Shown here: in pieces, positions 1 through 10,897 of the stretch
Layout: each line of letters starts with the position of its first letter
Position numbering within the stretch: the stretch's first letter is position 1
Source of the DNA: Brevibacterium luteolum
GTDB lineage: Bacteria > Actinomycetota > Actinomycetes > Actinomycetales > Brevibacteriaceae
NCBI RefSeq assembly: GCF_013004595.1
Contig: NZ_JABEMC010000002.1
Location: 186,001-250,000, forward strand
DNA: 64,000 bases
Direction: 5' to 3'
The notes under the pieces: generated by a model
Databases searched by the model: none
What the model was told of the DNA's origin: nothing
Seen by the model: the letters and a program-made list of their open reading frames with translations, nothing else
Translations under genes and position numbers: made by a program

Positions 1-885
1 GTCTGGCAGACGACCTGGCAGCGGCTCACCGCGGCCAAGAGCGACCGGGTCGGCATCTGGGCGGTCGTCATCGGCTTTGCCGTCTCCGTACTCATCGGCG
101 CAGCAGCGATCATCATCGGCATCGCCGCACTGCAGATGTTCCCCGCAGACACCATGCCCGATGTCATCTACACCTCGTTCATCGCCGAGATCTTCCACGG
201 CTCGATCGGCGGGCTGCTGATGGTCTCGCTGCTGGCCGCACTGCTGACCGGAGCGACGTCGTTCCTGCTCTCGGGTGCGATCAACATCTCCAAGGACATC
301 TACCAGGGCTGGGTCAACCCGCGCGCCACCGACGACCAGATCCTCACCGTGTCCCGAATCTCGGTCGCGGCGATGGCGGTCATCGGGCTGGGGATCGCCC
401 TGGTCATCAAGGACATCATCGCGATCTACCAGGTGGCTCTGTCCTTCACCGCGACCACGCTCGTCATGCCGGTACTGGCGGCGATGTTCTGGAAGCGGGC
501 GACGAAGCGCGGGGTCGTGTGGTCGATGATCGCTGCGATGGCCGTCTCGCTCGTGTGGCGCTTCTCCGGCCAGCCTTTCGGCATCCACGAGATCCTGCCC
601 GGTCTCATCACCTCGGCGATCGTGCTCATCGCGGTGAGCCTGGCGACTCGCCACTCCGATGACGAGGTCGTCGTCGCCTACTACCACGCCTACCGGGCCG
701 GTGAGCTGCGCACGCACGGTGTCGATGAGGAGCCGGCTGCGCCTGGGGACGTCCCCGCGGGGACGTCGACGGCAGCAGGTCAGGCCACCGCGCCCGAGGC
801 GGAGGTCGCCGCTGGCACGCAACCGGCACGGACGGCTGAGGCTGCGTCACCCGGCGTTGAGCAGCAGCGGCCGCAGGCGGAGTGA
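1..885 (+). CDS. Sodium:solute symporter family protein (5' end outside window)
   Basis: Open frame from base 1 (VWQTTWQRLTAAKS...). Multiple hydrophobic TM segments and SSS-like motifs (LLAALLTGATSFLLSGAINISKDIY; AMFWKRAT). Confidence 0.8.
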   Translation, partial: VWQTTWQRLTAAKSDRVGIWAVVIGFAVSVLIGAAAIIIGIAALQMFPADTMPDVIYTSFIAEIFHGSIGGLLMVSLLAALLTGATSFLLSGAINISKDIYQGWVNPRATDDQILTVSRISVAAMAVIGLGIALVIKDIIAIYQVALSFTATTLVMPVLAAMFWKRATKRGVVWSMIAAMAVSLVWRFSGQPFGIHEILPGLITSAIVLIAVSLATRHSDDEVVVAYYHAYRAGELRTHGVDEEPAAPGDVPAGTSTAAGQATAPEAEVAAGTQPARTAEAASPGVEQQRPQAE

Positions 886-905
886 CCTCAATCCGGTTCG
901 GTGCG

Positions 906-1520
906 TCAGGACTCGAGCACGGCAGCGGTGCTGGCAGCCGGTGAGAGGTCGAGACGGCGCAGCAGCTGCGCGTTGAGCGCCACCACGACTGTGGAGGCGG
1001 ACATGAGAATCGCGCCGATGCTCATCGGCAGCACGAAGCCGACCGGTGCCAGCACGCCGGCGGCAAGTGGAACCGAGATGAGGTTGTAGCCGGCAGCCCA
1101 CCACAGGTTCTGCTTCATCTTCCGATACGTCGCACGCGAGAGCTCGAAGACCGAGAGCACCGAACGCGGATCTGACGAGGCGAGGATGACACCAGCGGAG
1201 CCGATCGCCACATCAGTGCCCGCTCCGATCGCGATACCGACATCCGCCTGGGCGAGCGCGGGAGCATCGTTGACGCCGTCGCCGACCATCGCCACGCGCC
1301 TGCCCTCACGCTGAAGCTCCTCAACCTTGGCGGCCTTGTCCTCGGGCCTGACGCCGGCGAACACCCGGTCGATGCCGAGCTGCCCTGCGACGGAGCCGGC
1401 GACTGCCTGCGCGTCACCGGTGATCATCACGACCTGCACCCCGGCTGCATGCAGGGCAGCGACGGCATCGTGCGATTCCGCGCGGATCTCATCGGCCAGC
1501 CGCAGCGCACCGATGTCGGC
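906..1520 (-). pseudogene. C-terminal fragment of a heavy-metal (Cu-type) P1B ATPase
   Basis: Motifs MITGD, PEDKA, VAMVGDGVNDAPALAQADVGIA, KMKQNLWWAAGYN and MSAST are present. The N-terminal part, including the DKTGT phosphorylation motif, is absent. Confidence 0.85.
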
Positions 1521-1621
1521 GCCGTCGGCAAGCCCGGTTGGGCCGATTGACACCTGTCGAGTACGAAGCAATTACTGACTCACCTGCAGCCGCAGCGTGA
1601 CACCCTGATTGTCACCTCCCC

Positions 1622-2194
1622 TTGCATCAGTCCCAACGCAAGATCTTCTTCACCCGGGGACGGCCGTATACGAAGAACGACCAGGCCACGATCGAGTCGA
1701 AGAACAACCATCTCGTGCGTCGGTACGGGTTCTACTACCGCTACGACACCCCGGCTGAACTCGAGTTGCTGCAACGCCTGTGGCCGCTGGTCAATGATCG
1801 GTTGAACTACTTCACTCCGACGAAGAAACCGACCGGGTACTCCACCGACCGTGCGGGAAGGCGCAAACGCGTCTATGACGCCCCGAAGACCCCGTACCAG
1901 CGACTGCTCGATTCCGGCATTCTCAGCGTCGAGCAGAAGGCCGAGCTTCAGCAGTATCGGGCACGCCTGGACTTGGTCGACCTCGCCGAGAAAATCGACC
2001 AGATCCAGCAACGGCTGGTCAAGCTCGCCGCGAGCAAGACCGCGAAGCTGGAGCGCGAGATCGAGAGAGCACAGGCCCTGCCGGATCCGGCGGGCATCAA
2101 GGTCCACCACACCCGGGCCGGCTGAGACCCGGTTAGCGAGGAAAATGTGTGTGAGGCACGGCCTGCAATTCCCGGGGATCTTGACATGAGGCAC
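1622..2194 (+). mobile_element. Truncated IS: C-terminal part of an integrase-core (DDE/rve) transposase (1622-2125) plus probable right end
   Basis: FTRGRPYTKNDQATIESKNNHLVRRYGFYYRYD...NYFTPTKK...YDAPKTPYQRLL resembles actinobacterial rve transposases. Repeated TGAGGCAC at 2152-2159 and 2187-2194. No N-terminal domain. Confidence 0.75.
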
Positions 2195-2526
2195 TCCGTG
2201 GTTCAAGAGGCTTCCCCCTGGATCAAAGTCGCATCAATACTCCATTCGTCATACCGGCGAAGAACGTACGTCAGTCGTAAGGGGTAGAATCTGTATCGCG
2301 GTCACCGTCCAGCAGTGATGCGCGCCCCTACGTATCCGGAGGGACGTAGACGCAGGCACCGCTCGCCACGCTGCGTCGAACCAGGCGATCAGAACCTGAC
2401 GGGAACTGCGGCGCCATGTTTCTCCGCCGCGTGCGGGGCCAGTCTCATGCCCACTTTGCCGTCACACACTCACCGGCCGGCTGGCGGCACCCGCGCCGGC
2501 CTCACCACCAGCCCCGTCAGCTGACC

Positions 2527-3276
2527 TCACAGATTGCGGCCGCCGGAGATCTCCAGCACGATGCCGGTCACGTAGCTCGACATGTCCGAGGCGAGGAACA
2601 GCGCGACCTGCGCGACCTCGGCCGGTTCGCCGAAGCGGCCGAGCGGAATCTCGGTCAGGCGCTGGGCCAGCACATCCTCCTTCATCGCCTCGATCATCGG
2701 GGTGCGGATGAGGCCGGGCTGGATCGCGTTGACGCGCACGCCGGCGAAGCCGACCTCCTTGCACGCCGCCTTCGTCATGCCGACGATCCCGGCCTTGGCT
2801 GCCGAGTAGTTCGTCTGCCCCGGGTTGCCGACCTTGCCGGAGATCGAGGAGACGTTGACGATCGAGCCGCCTGACTCCTGCCCGCGCATAATGCCCGAGG
2901 CGGTCTTGAGCCCGTTCCACGTCCCGCGCAGGTGCACGGAGATGACCTGGTCGAACTGCTCCTCAGTCATCTTGCGCATCGTCGCATCGCGGGTGATGCC
3001 GGCATTGTTGACCATGACATCGAGCGCACCGAAGGCATCGACGGCCTTCTGACACAGGGCTTCGACATCGGCCAGGGCGACGACATCGCAGCCGACCCCG
3101 ATGGCACGCTCACCGATGTCCAGACGCTCCGCCGCCTCTGCGACGGCCGAGCCGTTGAGGTCTCCCAGCACGAGGTTCGCACCCGCGGCGGCATACGCCT
3201 CGGCGATGGCGAACCCGAGGCCCTGGGCAGCACCGGTGATGACGGCGGTGCGGCCGGCGAGCAGCCCGGAGCTCAC
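2527..3276 (-). CDS. fabG: 3-oxoacyl-ACP reductase (SDR)
   Basis: [16 protein letters not shown] and catalytic YSAAK motifs. Confidence 0.85.
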   Translation of the reverse strand: MSSGLLAGRTAVITGAAQGLGFAIAEAYAAAGANLVLGDLNGSAVAEAAERLDIGERAIGVGCDVVALADVEALCQKAVDAFGALDVMVNNAGITRDATMRKMTEEQFDQVISVHLRGTWNGLKTASGIMRGQESGGSIVNVSSISGKVGNPGQTNYSAAKAGIVGMTKAACKEVGFAGVRVNAIQPGLIRTPMIEAMKEDVLAQRLTEIPLGRFGEPAEVAQVALFLASDMSSYVTGIVLEISGGRNL

Positions 3277-3731
3277 TGTTCGACCATGAGGGAGACGCTC
3301 TCGGCGATGCAGGCCGGACGGTCAGCACCGTCGATCTCGATGACGTGGGTCATGATGACCATGACGCCGGCATCCTTGCGCTCGACGCTGTCGAGGGTGA
3401 TGGTGTCGCGCACGCGCGCGCCAGAGGGCACCGGCTGCGGGAAGCGGACCTTGTTGAGCCCGTAGTTGATCTTCATCTTCATGCCGGTGACGTCGACGGT
3501 GCGCTGCGAGAGCATCGGCAGCAGCGACAGGGTGAGGAAGCCGTGGGCGATGGTGCCGCCGAACGGGCCGGCCTTGGCCTTCTCCTCATCGAGGTGGATC
3601 CACTGATGATCGTCGGTCGCATCGGCGAAGAGCTGAATCCGATCCTGGTCGATCGTCACCCAGTCGCTTGAGCCGACCTCGTGTCCCACGAGCTTCTCCA
3701 GCTCGGCGATCCCGTTGATCTCACGCACCAT
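3273..3731 (-). CDS. MaoC-family (R)-enoyl-CoA hydratase/dehydratase
   Basis: [14 protein letters not shown] and [11 protein letters not shown] motifs. 4-bp overlap with fabG. Confidence 0.9.
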   Translation of the reverse strand: MVREINGIAELEKLVGHEVGSSDWVTIDQDRIQLFADATDDHQWIHLDEEKAKAGPFGGTIAHGFLTLSLLPMLSQRTVDVTGMKMKINYGLNKVRFPQPVPSGARVRDTITLDSVERKDAGVMVIMTHVIEIDGADRPACIAESVSLMVEQ

Positions 3732-3904
3732 TGCTACTCCTTCATCGCCGCAGGCGGCACTTGCGCGGCCCGCCCGATTCGCACCGTGGCAAGCCGCAGT
3801 CGTCTTGCATCAGGCCGCGGCCGGCACCTCGGCCCGCCGCGTCCCAGGTCAGTCTAATGGGTTAGGGTGACAGACGACACACCTGGTGACAGCTGACTGG
3901 AGGC

Positions 3905-4612
3905 ATGATGGTCCGCAATCTCGGCCCGGAGGGAACCGACCGCTCCGACGTCGTCGACATCACCGACGCGACCGTCATGCCCGCCGACCCGCACGCCGTG
4001 CCCGTCCGCCCGGCCGTCAGCGTGCTGCTCATCCGCGACGGCGCTGCCGGCCTGGAGGTCTTCGTCCAGCACCGCGTGGCGACGATGGACTTCGCCGCCG
4101 GGGTCGTCGTCTATCCCGGCGGCCGGGTCGATCCGATCGATGAGACGACCGGGGCGAACCTTGCGACCGCGCCCGAGGTGGTGGACGCCCATGAGCAGGC
4201 GTGGCACCTGAGCGCGTGTGCGGGACTGCCCGGAGGCGCCCGGACGCTCATGGCGTGTGCGATGCGCGAAGTCGCCGAGGAGGCCGGGATCGTGCTGGCC
4301 GCTGAGGACCTCAAACCGTGGGCGAATTGGGTGACCCCGCCGGGGCGCTCCCGCCGCTTCGACACCTACTTCTTCGTCACCGCCCCGGAAGATGCCGATG
4401 CCGCGGTGCACCAGACGACCGAGGCGCACAACTCCGAGTGGATGAACGTCAAGCACATCATCGCCGAGGAGGAGGCCCAGCGCCTCAAGCTCATGCGCCC
4501 GACGCTGGCGCTGCTCGGTGAGATCGACGCGCTCGGCTCTGTTGATGCGGTCATGAGCAGTGATCATGAGATCGTGCCGGTCAAGCCGCGCGAACCCGGC
4601 AAGCACAGCTGA
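3905..4612 (+). CDS. NUDIX hydrolase (NUDT19-like)
   Basis: VYPGGRVD...CAMREVAEEAGI, W(V)TPPG and RRFDTYFF motifs. Confidence 0.85.
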   Translation: MMVRNLGPEGTDRSDVVDITDATVMPADPHAVPVRPAVSVLLIRDGAAGLEVFVQHRVATMDFAAGVVVYPGGRVDPIDETTGANLATAPEVVDAHEQAWHLSACAGLPGGARTLMACAMREVAEEAGIVLAAEDLKPWANWVTPPGRSRRFDTYFFVTAPEDADAAVHQTTEAHNSEWMNVKHIIAEEEAQRLKLMRPTLALLGEIDALGSVDAVMSSDHEIVPVKPREPGKHS

Positions 4613-4615
4613 AGG

Positions 4616-4933
4616 TCAGCTGGCCGACTGCGCCCGGCGCTCCTCGTCCTTGCGGCGGCCGACGATCTCGGCGATCCACCAGAACCCGGTCCACATCACG
4701 AACATGAGGGCCAGCCCCCATGCCAGGAGCGCGACGAAGCCGATGCTCCTCCAACCCTCGGTGGCTGTCATCGCCATGATCGACAGGACGACCGCTACGG
4801 CGAACACGAGACCGGAGACGATCGTGGTGAGGCGCAGCGCCAGCGGAGCGCGGGGCTTCCGGCCACTGGGAGTGGGACCGCCCTGAGCGCGGTGACCTGG
4901 AGCGATGTCGGGGGATGTGGGGGAGCTGTCCAT
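4616..4933 (-). CDS. Small two-TM membrane protein
   Basis: Two hydrophobic stretches. Lies directly downstream of the NUDIX gene on the same strand. Confidence 0.6.
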   Translation of the reverse strand: MDSSPTSPDIAPGHRAQGGPTPSGRKPRAPLALRLTTIVSGLVFAVAVVLSIMAMTATEGWRSIGFVALLAWGLALMFVMWTGFWWIAEIVGRRKDEERRAQSAS

Positions 4934-4937
4934 CTCG

Positions 4938-5357
4938 TCAGTCCAGCCCCGCCATCTCCATCGCAATCTTCACAAGCCCCACCTGCGGCAGGTCAGCCAG
5001 CTCATCAAGCGGGATCCAGGCGGCCCGGTCGCTCGACCCGCCGACCTCGTGGCGCAGCTGCCCGCCGGTGACTCTGGCGGTGTAGATGATGCGCAGTGCG
5101 TGCAGGGTCTTGCCGGGTTTGAGCCGGCGCTCCCCGGGCACCACGAGCGAATCGATGCCGAGCAGCTCACCCAGGGCGACCTCATAGCCGGTCTCCTCAT
5201 ACACCTCGCGCACGGCGGCATCGGCCGGATCCTCACCCTCCTCGAGTCCGCCGCCGGGCATCGACCACAGCGGCGCGGGTCCTTCGATCCAGCGGGACAT
5301 GAGCAGGCGACGGTCGTCATCGACGATGACGCAGTAGGCTCCCACACGCAGACGCAT
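4938..5357 (-). CDS. NUDIX hydrolase
   Basis: Canonical Nudix box [25 protein letters not shown]. Confidence 0.9.
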   Translation of the reverse strand: MRLRVGAYCVIVDDDRRLLMSRWIEGPAPLWSMPGGGLEEGEDPADAAVREVYEETGYEVALGELLGIDSLVVPGERRLKPGKTLHALRIIYTARVTGGQLRHEVGGSSDRAAWIPLDELADLPQVGLVKIAMEMAGLD

Positions 5358-5633
5358 ACCGTCAGATTACGGCACCACCGGTGCGCTGTGAGCGAGAACA
5401 CCCACATGGCTATAGGCATCTGACGGCCACCGGAGTAATGTAGTGCCTTCGCCGGTCGGCCCGCCGGCACTGCGCAGCTGCCCGCAGACTCACGACTGCC
5501 TGCCGTTGCGTCACCTGCCAGCACCCACGCCGCAGGCGTGCCACGATCTGCCTTCCGCCACTGCCGACGGAAGGTCCGCTCGCCGCCTCCGGCCACCGCC
5601 TCGGCGGCGTCAATCAGCTGCATCAGGGGAGAC

Positions 5634-7367
5634 ATGCTGCTCACGCTGCTCAAACGGTACCTGCGCCCCTACACCGGAGCGCTCGTCCTCGTCCTCATCT
5701 TCGAGTTCGTCCAGTCCCTGGCCGCGCTCTACCTGCCGACCCTCAACGCCGCGATCGTCGACGACGGTGTCGCCCAGGCCGATGTGCCCCTCATCTGGCG
5801 CCTCGGCGGCTTCATGCTGCTGGTGAGCTTCGTGCAGCTGGTCACGATGATCATCGCGGTGTACTTCGGCGCGCGCACCGCGATGCGCGCCGGCCGCGAC
5901 CTGCGCCGCGACGTCTTCCACACCGGCCAGTCCTTCTCCCAGCACGAAGTCGCCCACTTCGGTGCGGCCACCCTCATCACCCGCAACACCAACGACGTCC
6001 AGCAGGTGCAGATGCTCATCCTCATGAGCTGCACGATGCTCGTCATGGCCCCGATGATGGCCCTCGGCGGGATCATCATGGCACTCAGCCAGGACGTCCA
6101 GCTCTCCTGGCTCATCCTGGTGGCCGTGCCGCTGCTGCTCGTGGCCCTCGGCATCCTCATCGCCCGGATGATCCCGCAGTTCAAGGTCATGCAGACCCGC
6201 ATCGACAAGATCAACGCCGTCGCCCGCGAACAGCTCACCGGCATCCGCGTCATCCGCGCCTTCGCCCGCGAGGCCACCGAACGCGACCGCTTCGACATCG
6301 CCAACCGGGAGCTCACGGAGACGAACTTCAAGGTCGGGATGCTGTTCGCGCTCATGTTCCCGCTCGTCATGGGCATCCTCAACGTCTCCTCCGTCGCCGT
6401 CATCTGGTTCGGCGGTCTGCAGGTCGAGGCCGGCATCACCGAGGTCGGCACGATGATGGCGTTCATGCAGTACCTCATGCAGATCCTCATGGGCGTCATG
6501 ATGGCGACCTTCATGACGATGATGATCCCGCGCGCGGCCGTCTCGGCCAAGCGCATCGGCGAGGTCCTCGACACCGCCCCGACGGTCAACCCGCCCGCTG
6601 ACCCCGTGCCCGAGGTGGAGGTCCCGGGCGCCGTGCGGCTCGCCTCGGCGACGTTCGGGTTCCCCGGGGCCGAGGCGCCGGTGCTGCGCGATGTCACCGC
6701 CGCCTTCCAGCCGGGGACGACGACGGCGATCATCGGCTCAACCGGTGCCGGCAAGTCGACGCTGCTCGGGCTCATCCCCCGCCTGTTCGATGTGCAGTCC
6801 GGGATGGTCGAGGTCGGCGGTGTCGACGTACGCCGGCTGGACCCTGCGGTGCTGCACGCCCAGATCGGGCTGGTGCCGCAGAAGGCGTTCCTGTTCTCCG
6901 GGACGGTCGCGTCGAATCTGCGCTACGGCAACCCCGAGGCCACTGATGAACAGCTGTGGCAGGCCCTCGAGGTCGCCCAGGCCGCCGGGTTCGTCGCCGA
7001 GATGCCCGGCGGACTGGAGGCGCGCATCGCCCAGGGCGGGCAGAACGTCTCCGGCGGGCAGCGCCAGCGGCTGGCGATCGCCCGCGCGCTCGTGGCGAAC
7101 CCGCCGGTGCTGCTGTTCGACGACTCGTTCTCCGCCCTCGACACCGAGACCGATGCCCGGCTGCGCGCCGGCCTCGATGAGCACTTCGGGCACACCACCC
7201 GGATCATCGTCGCCCAGCGCATCGCCTCGATCACCGACGCCGACCAGATCATCGTCCTCGACGAGGGTGCGATCGTCGGGACCGGCACCCATGCCGAGCT
7301 CGCGGCCGCCAATGAGGTCTACCGCGAGATCGTCGAATCCCAGCGCAGCGTCGGGAGTGCACTGTGA
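5634..7367 (+). CDS. ABC exporter, fused TMD-NBD, subunit 1 of a heterodimer
   Basis: RBS GGGGAG before ATG 5634. Walker A GSTGAGKS, signature VSGGQRQR, degenerate Walker B LFDDS. Confidence 0.9.
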   Translation: MLLTLLKRYLRPYTGALVLVLIFEFVQSLAALYLPTLNAAIVDDGVAQADVPLIWRLGGFMLLVSFVQLVTMIIAVYFGARTAMRAGRDLRRDVFHTGQSFSQHEVAHFGAATLITRNTNDVQQVQMLILMSCTMLVMAPMMALGGIIMALSQDVQLSWLILVAVPLLLVALGILIARMIPQFKVMQTRIDKINAVAREQLTGIRVIRAFAREATERDRFDIANRELTETNFKVGMLFALMFPLVMGILNVSSVAVIWFGGLQVEAGITEVGTMMAFMQYLMQILMGVMMATFMTMMIPRAAVSAKRIGEVLDTAPTVNPPADPVPEVEVPGAVRLASATFGFPGAEAPVLRDVTAAFQPGTTTAIIGSTGAGKSTLLGLIPRLFDVQSGMVEVGGVDVRRLDPAVLHAQIGLVPQKAFLFSGTVASNLRYGNPEATDEQLWQALEVAQAAGFVAEMPGGLEARIAQGGQNVSGGQRQRLAIARALVANPPVLLFDDSFSALDTETDARLRAGLDEHFGHTTRIIVAQRIASITDADQIIVLDEGAIVGTGTHAELAAANEVYREIVESQRSVGSAL

Positions 7368-9403
7368 ACCCCGTGAATCCAGAGAAGCCCACTGCGGCGA
7401 AACCGACCGACCCGACCACTGATCCGGCCGCGGCGACTACCACCTCGGGCGCGGTCGACGAGGCAGACGACAACCAGCCCCCGCCCTCAGCCGGCGACTG
7501 GGGCTCAGCACCCATGGGCAAGGCGAAGGCGTTTTGGCCGAACTTCAAGCGGCTGGCCGGCTGGTTCCGCCCGCACTCGCTGCTGCTCCTGCTCGCGCTG
7601 CTCTCCGGCGTGGCTGCGGTCGTGCTCACGACGCTGGGGCCGAAGATCCTCGGCGAGGCGACGAACATCGTCTTCGAAGGTGCGATCGCCTCGCGCCTGC
7701 CGGCCGGTGTCAGCCAGGACCAGCTGGTCGGCCAGCTGCGCTCCGAGGGCCGCACGACCGAAGCCGACATGCTCTCGGCCATGCACATCACCCCAGGTGA
7801 GAGCATGGATGTCCGCGCGCTGGGGCAGACGCTGCTGCTGGCGCTCGGGGTGTTCCTCGCCGGCTCGGTGATGCTGTGGGCGATGTCGGCACTCGTCAAC
7901 GTCGTCATCCAGCGGGTCATGCGGCTCATGCGCACCCGGATCGAGGACAAGATCCACCAGGTGCCGCTGTCGTACTACGACCGGATGCAGCGCGGAGATC
8001 TGCTCTCACGACTGACGAACGACCTCGACAACCTCAGCCAGGTGCTCAACCAGTCGGTCGCGCAGATCGTCAACAGCGTGCTCACGATCATCGCGGTGCT
8101 CGTCATGATGCTGACTATCTCGCTCAAGCTCACGCTCGTCGCTCTCGTCGCGATCCCGCTCATCGCGGTCGTCGTCGGGGTCATCGCGACGCGCTCGCAG
8201 AAACAGTTCGTCGCCCAGTGGGCCGAGACCGGCAAGCTCAACGCGCGAGTCGAGGAGTCCTTCACCGGGCATGCGCTCGTGCGCGTGTTCGGCCGCAGCG
8301 ACGACGTCCAGCAGGCCTTCGATGCCGAGAACGAGCAGGTCTACCAGGCCAGCTTCAAGGCGCAGTTCCTCTCCGGTGTGCTCATGCCGATGATGATGTT
8401 CCTCGGCAACCTCGTCTATGTCGCCATCGCCGTCGTCGGCGGAGTCATGGTGGCCACCGGTTCACTGCGGCTGGGCGATGTGCAGGCGTTCATCCAGTAC
8501 TCACGCCAGTTCATGCAGCCCCTCGGGCAGCTCGGCGGCATGGCCGCCCAGCTGCAGTCGGCAGTGGCGAGCGCCGAGCGGGTCTTCGAGTTCCTCGACG
8601 TCGACGAGGAGGTTCTCAACCCGGATCCGGTCGAGGGCGCACGCCCAGTTCGCGGGGCGATCGACTTCGAGCACGTCCGCTTCTCCTACTCACCCGACAG
8701 CGAGCTCATCCGCGATATGAACCTCTCCGTCGAGCCCGGACAGACGGTCGCGATCGTCGGACCGACCGGCGCGGGGAAGACGACGCTGGTGAATCTGCTC
8801 ATGCGGTTCTACGAACTCGACGGCGGGCGGATCCTCTTCGACGGGGTCGACACGGCGCAGATGTCACGGGCCGCGGTGCGCCGCCGGATGGGCATGGTGC
8901 TGCAGGATACGTGGCTGTTCGGCGGCACGATTGCTGAGAACATCGCCTACGGCAATCCCGATGCCGGGCCCGATGAGGTGCAGCGGGCGGCCGAGGCGAC
9001 CTATGTCGACCGGTTCGTCCGCAGCCTGCCCGACGGCTACGACACTGTCCTCGATGAGGACGGCACGAGCCTGTCGGCCGGTGAGAAGCAGCTCATCACG
9101 ATCGCCCGTGCCTTCGTCGCCGATCCCCCGGTGCTCATCCTTGATGAGGCGACTTCCTCGGTCGACACCCGCACCGAGGTGCTCGTCCAGGAGGCGATGC
9201 ACGCGCTGCGCTCCGGCCGGACGAGTTTCGTCATCGCCCACCGGCTCTCGACGATCCGTGATGCCGACGTCATCATCGTCATGGAGCACGGCGACATCGT
9301 CGAGCAGGGATCGCATGAGGAGCTCATCGCCGCCGACGGCGCCTATGCCGGTCTGTACCGTGCACAGTTCGCGCAGGCGGTGGCCAGCGGCGAAGAGGAG
9401 TGA
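7364..9403 (+). CDS. ABC exporter, fused TMD-NBD, subunit 2
   Basis: GPTGAGKT, LSAGEKQ, ILDEATSSVD and IAHRLST motifs. GTGA overlap with the upstream gene. Confidence 0.9.
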   Translation: MNPVNPEKPTAAKPTDPTTDPAAATTTSGAVDEADDNQPPPSAGDWGSAPMGKAKAFWPNFKRLAGWFRPHSLLLLLALLSGVAAVVLTTLGPKILGEATNIVFEGAIASRLPAGVSQDQLVGQLRSEGRTTEADMLSAMHITPGESMDVRALGQTLLLALGVFLAGSVMLWAMSALVNVVIQRVMRLMRTRIEDKIHQVPLSYYDRMQRGDLLSRLTNDLDNLSQVLNQSVAQIVNSVLTIIAVLVMMLTISLKLTLVALVAIPLIAVVVGVIATRSQKQFVAQWAETGKLNARVEESFTGHALVRVFGRSDDVQQAFDAENEQVYQASFKAQFLSGVLMPMMMFLGNLVYVAIAVVGGVMVATGSLRLGDVQAFIQYSRQFMQPLGQLGGMAAQLQSAVASAERVFEFLDVDEEVLNPDPVEGARPVRGAIDFEHVRFSYSPDSELIRDMNLSVEPGQTVAIVGPTGAGKTTLVNLLMRFYELDGGRILFDGVDTAQMSRAAVRRRMGMVLQDTWLFGGTIAENIAYGNPDAGPDEVQRAAEATYVDRFVRSLPDGYDTVLDEDGTSLSAGEKQLITIARAFVADPPVLILDEATSSVDTRTEVLVQEAMHALRSGRTSFVIAHRLSTIRDADVIIVMEHGDIVEQGSHEELIAADGAYAGLYRAQFAQAVASGEEE

Positions 9404-9477
9404 CCGGCGGGGTACGGCCGGCGCTGCGCACAGGACTGCGCTGAGCCTCCTCGGACGACGGCGGCAGCGCTCAGCGC

Positions 9478-10287
9478 TCAGCGTTTGCGCGCTGCCAGCT
9501 CAGCCATCCGCTTCTCGACTGCCTGCTGCTGTTCGGGTCCGCCGATGAGTGAGCGGATGGCGTCCTGTTCGGCGGCGAATCCCGCTGTGAGATCGGCGGT
9601 GGCGGCCAGGTCGACGAGCTGCTTGGCGGCGCGCAGAGCCGGTCGTGACTTCTCGGCCATCTCGCGGCCGAGGGCGAGCGCTGCGGCGTTGGCGTCATCG
9701 GCGAGTTCGTCGACCATGCCCCACGCGAGTGCGGTGTCGGCATCGATGACGCGGCCGGTGAGGATCGCCAGCTTCGCCCGGCCGGGCCCGATGAGGCGGG
9801 TGAGCAGCTGGGTGCCGCACATGTCGGGGATGATCCCCCAGTTGACCTCCATCATCGAGGCCTTGAGCTCGCGGCTGGCGATGCGCACGTCGGCGCCGAG
9901 GGCGATCTGCAGTCCGCCGCCGTAGGCGACCGACTGCACAGCGGCGATGACCGGGGCCGGCACGAGCGACCACACGTGCACGCACTGCTGGGCCAAGGCG
10001 CGGGCGGCGCCGAGGGGCTCCTCGGACTCCGGTGATCCCCCGCCGCCGGAGACCATCCGGCCGAATTCGCTGACATCGAGGCCAGCACAGAACGCCCGGC
10101 CGCGCCCGGAGAGCACGACGGCGCTGACATCATCGCGGTCGACGAGGCCCGTACCGATCTCGACGAGGTCGGCCATCACCTCGCCGGTGAGCGAGTTGAG
10201 GGTCTCGGCCCGGTCGATTTCGACGTGGGCGAGGCCATCGGTGACGGTGAGGACGACGGTGCCGTGGGAGGCGCGGGTCTCGGTCAT
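9478..10287 (-). CDS. Enoyl-CoA hydratase/crotonase family
   Basis: AFCAGLD and AYGGGLQIALGADVR motifs. Confidence 0.9.
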   Translation of the reverse strand: MTETRASHGTVVLTVTDGLAHVEIDRAETLNSLTGEVMADLVEIGTGLVDRDDVSAVVLSGRGRAFCAGLDVSEFGRMVSGGGGSPESEEPLGAARALAQQCVHVWSLVPAPVIAAVQSVAYGGGLQIALGADVRIASRELKASMMEVNWGIIPDMCGTQLLTRLIGPGRAKLAILTGRVIDADTALAWGMVDELADDANAAALALGREMAEKSRPALRAAKQLVDLAATADLTAGFAAEQDAIRSLIGGPEQQQAVEKRMAELAARKR

Positions 10288-10624
10288 GGTGCTCCTTTGC
10301 AGGCCAGGGGCAGGCGGGACGGTGCCGTCAGCCTATCGCGAGAACCGCCTCGGGAACCGATTCCGGCTTGGGGGCGGTCACGGATTCAGGGAAGTCGCCG
10401 GTGCTGGGCGCGGCGCCTCCCTTTCGTTGATCGTCTCGTCAATGGTTCTGACCAGCAGCTGCATCGTTTCGAGGCGGTGCAGTGTCAGTCAGGTCCCACT
10501 TTCGTTCGCATCGGTGACGGCGCAGGTCAGAGGGCAGGAGTCAGTCAAGGACACTTGCATTCATACACAGGGAGGAGGACAGTAGGAACCGGAGTGGACG
10601 CCGTGCCCGCCGGAAAGGTCAGCG

Positions 10625-10897
10625 ATGTGCAGGCTCGTCGGTCTCAGCGCTGGGCGGCAGCGCGTGGAAGCGACAGTCTGGCTGAACGCCGTGCTCGCCG
10701 CCGACGACGAGCTCTGCGCACTGCGCTATCCCGGCACCCACGAACTCCATCTGCTCAGCCGCGAGATTCCGGCCCTCCGGCGGACCAGCCCGCCACCCGC
10801 ACACACGGCCTCCGCCTCGGCGCCGGGACGCGGCCGGGCCCCACAGCCGCCCGCACCTGACCACACGGACGCACACGAGAAGGAGTCCATGTCATGA
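10625..10897 (+). pseudogene. Probable internally deleted class II (Ntn) glutamine amidotransferase remnant
   Basis: N-terminal MCRLVGLSAG..ATVW is joined directly to LNAVLAADDELCALRYPGTHELHLL, which resembles a much later segment of such proteins. The stop overlaps the poxB start. Confidence 0.5.

Noticed and set aside
10288..10620. Possible ncRNA or ORF in the long spacer between the crotonase gene and poxB
   Set aside because: No recognisable RNA motif or coherent protein.
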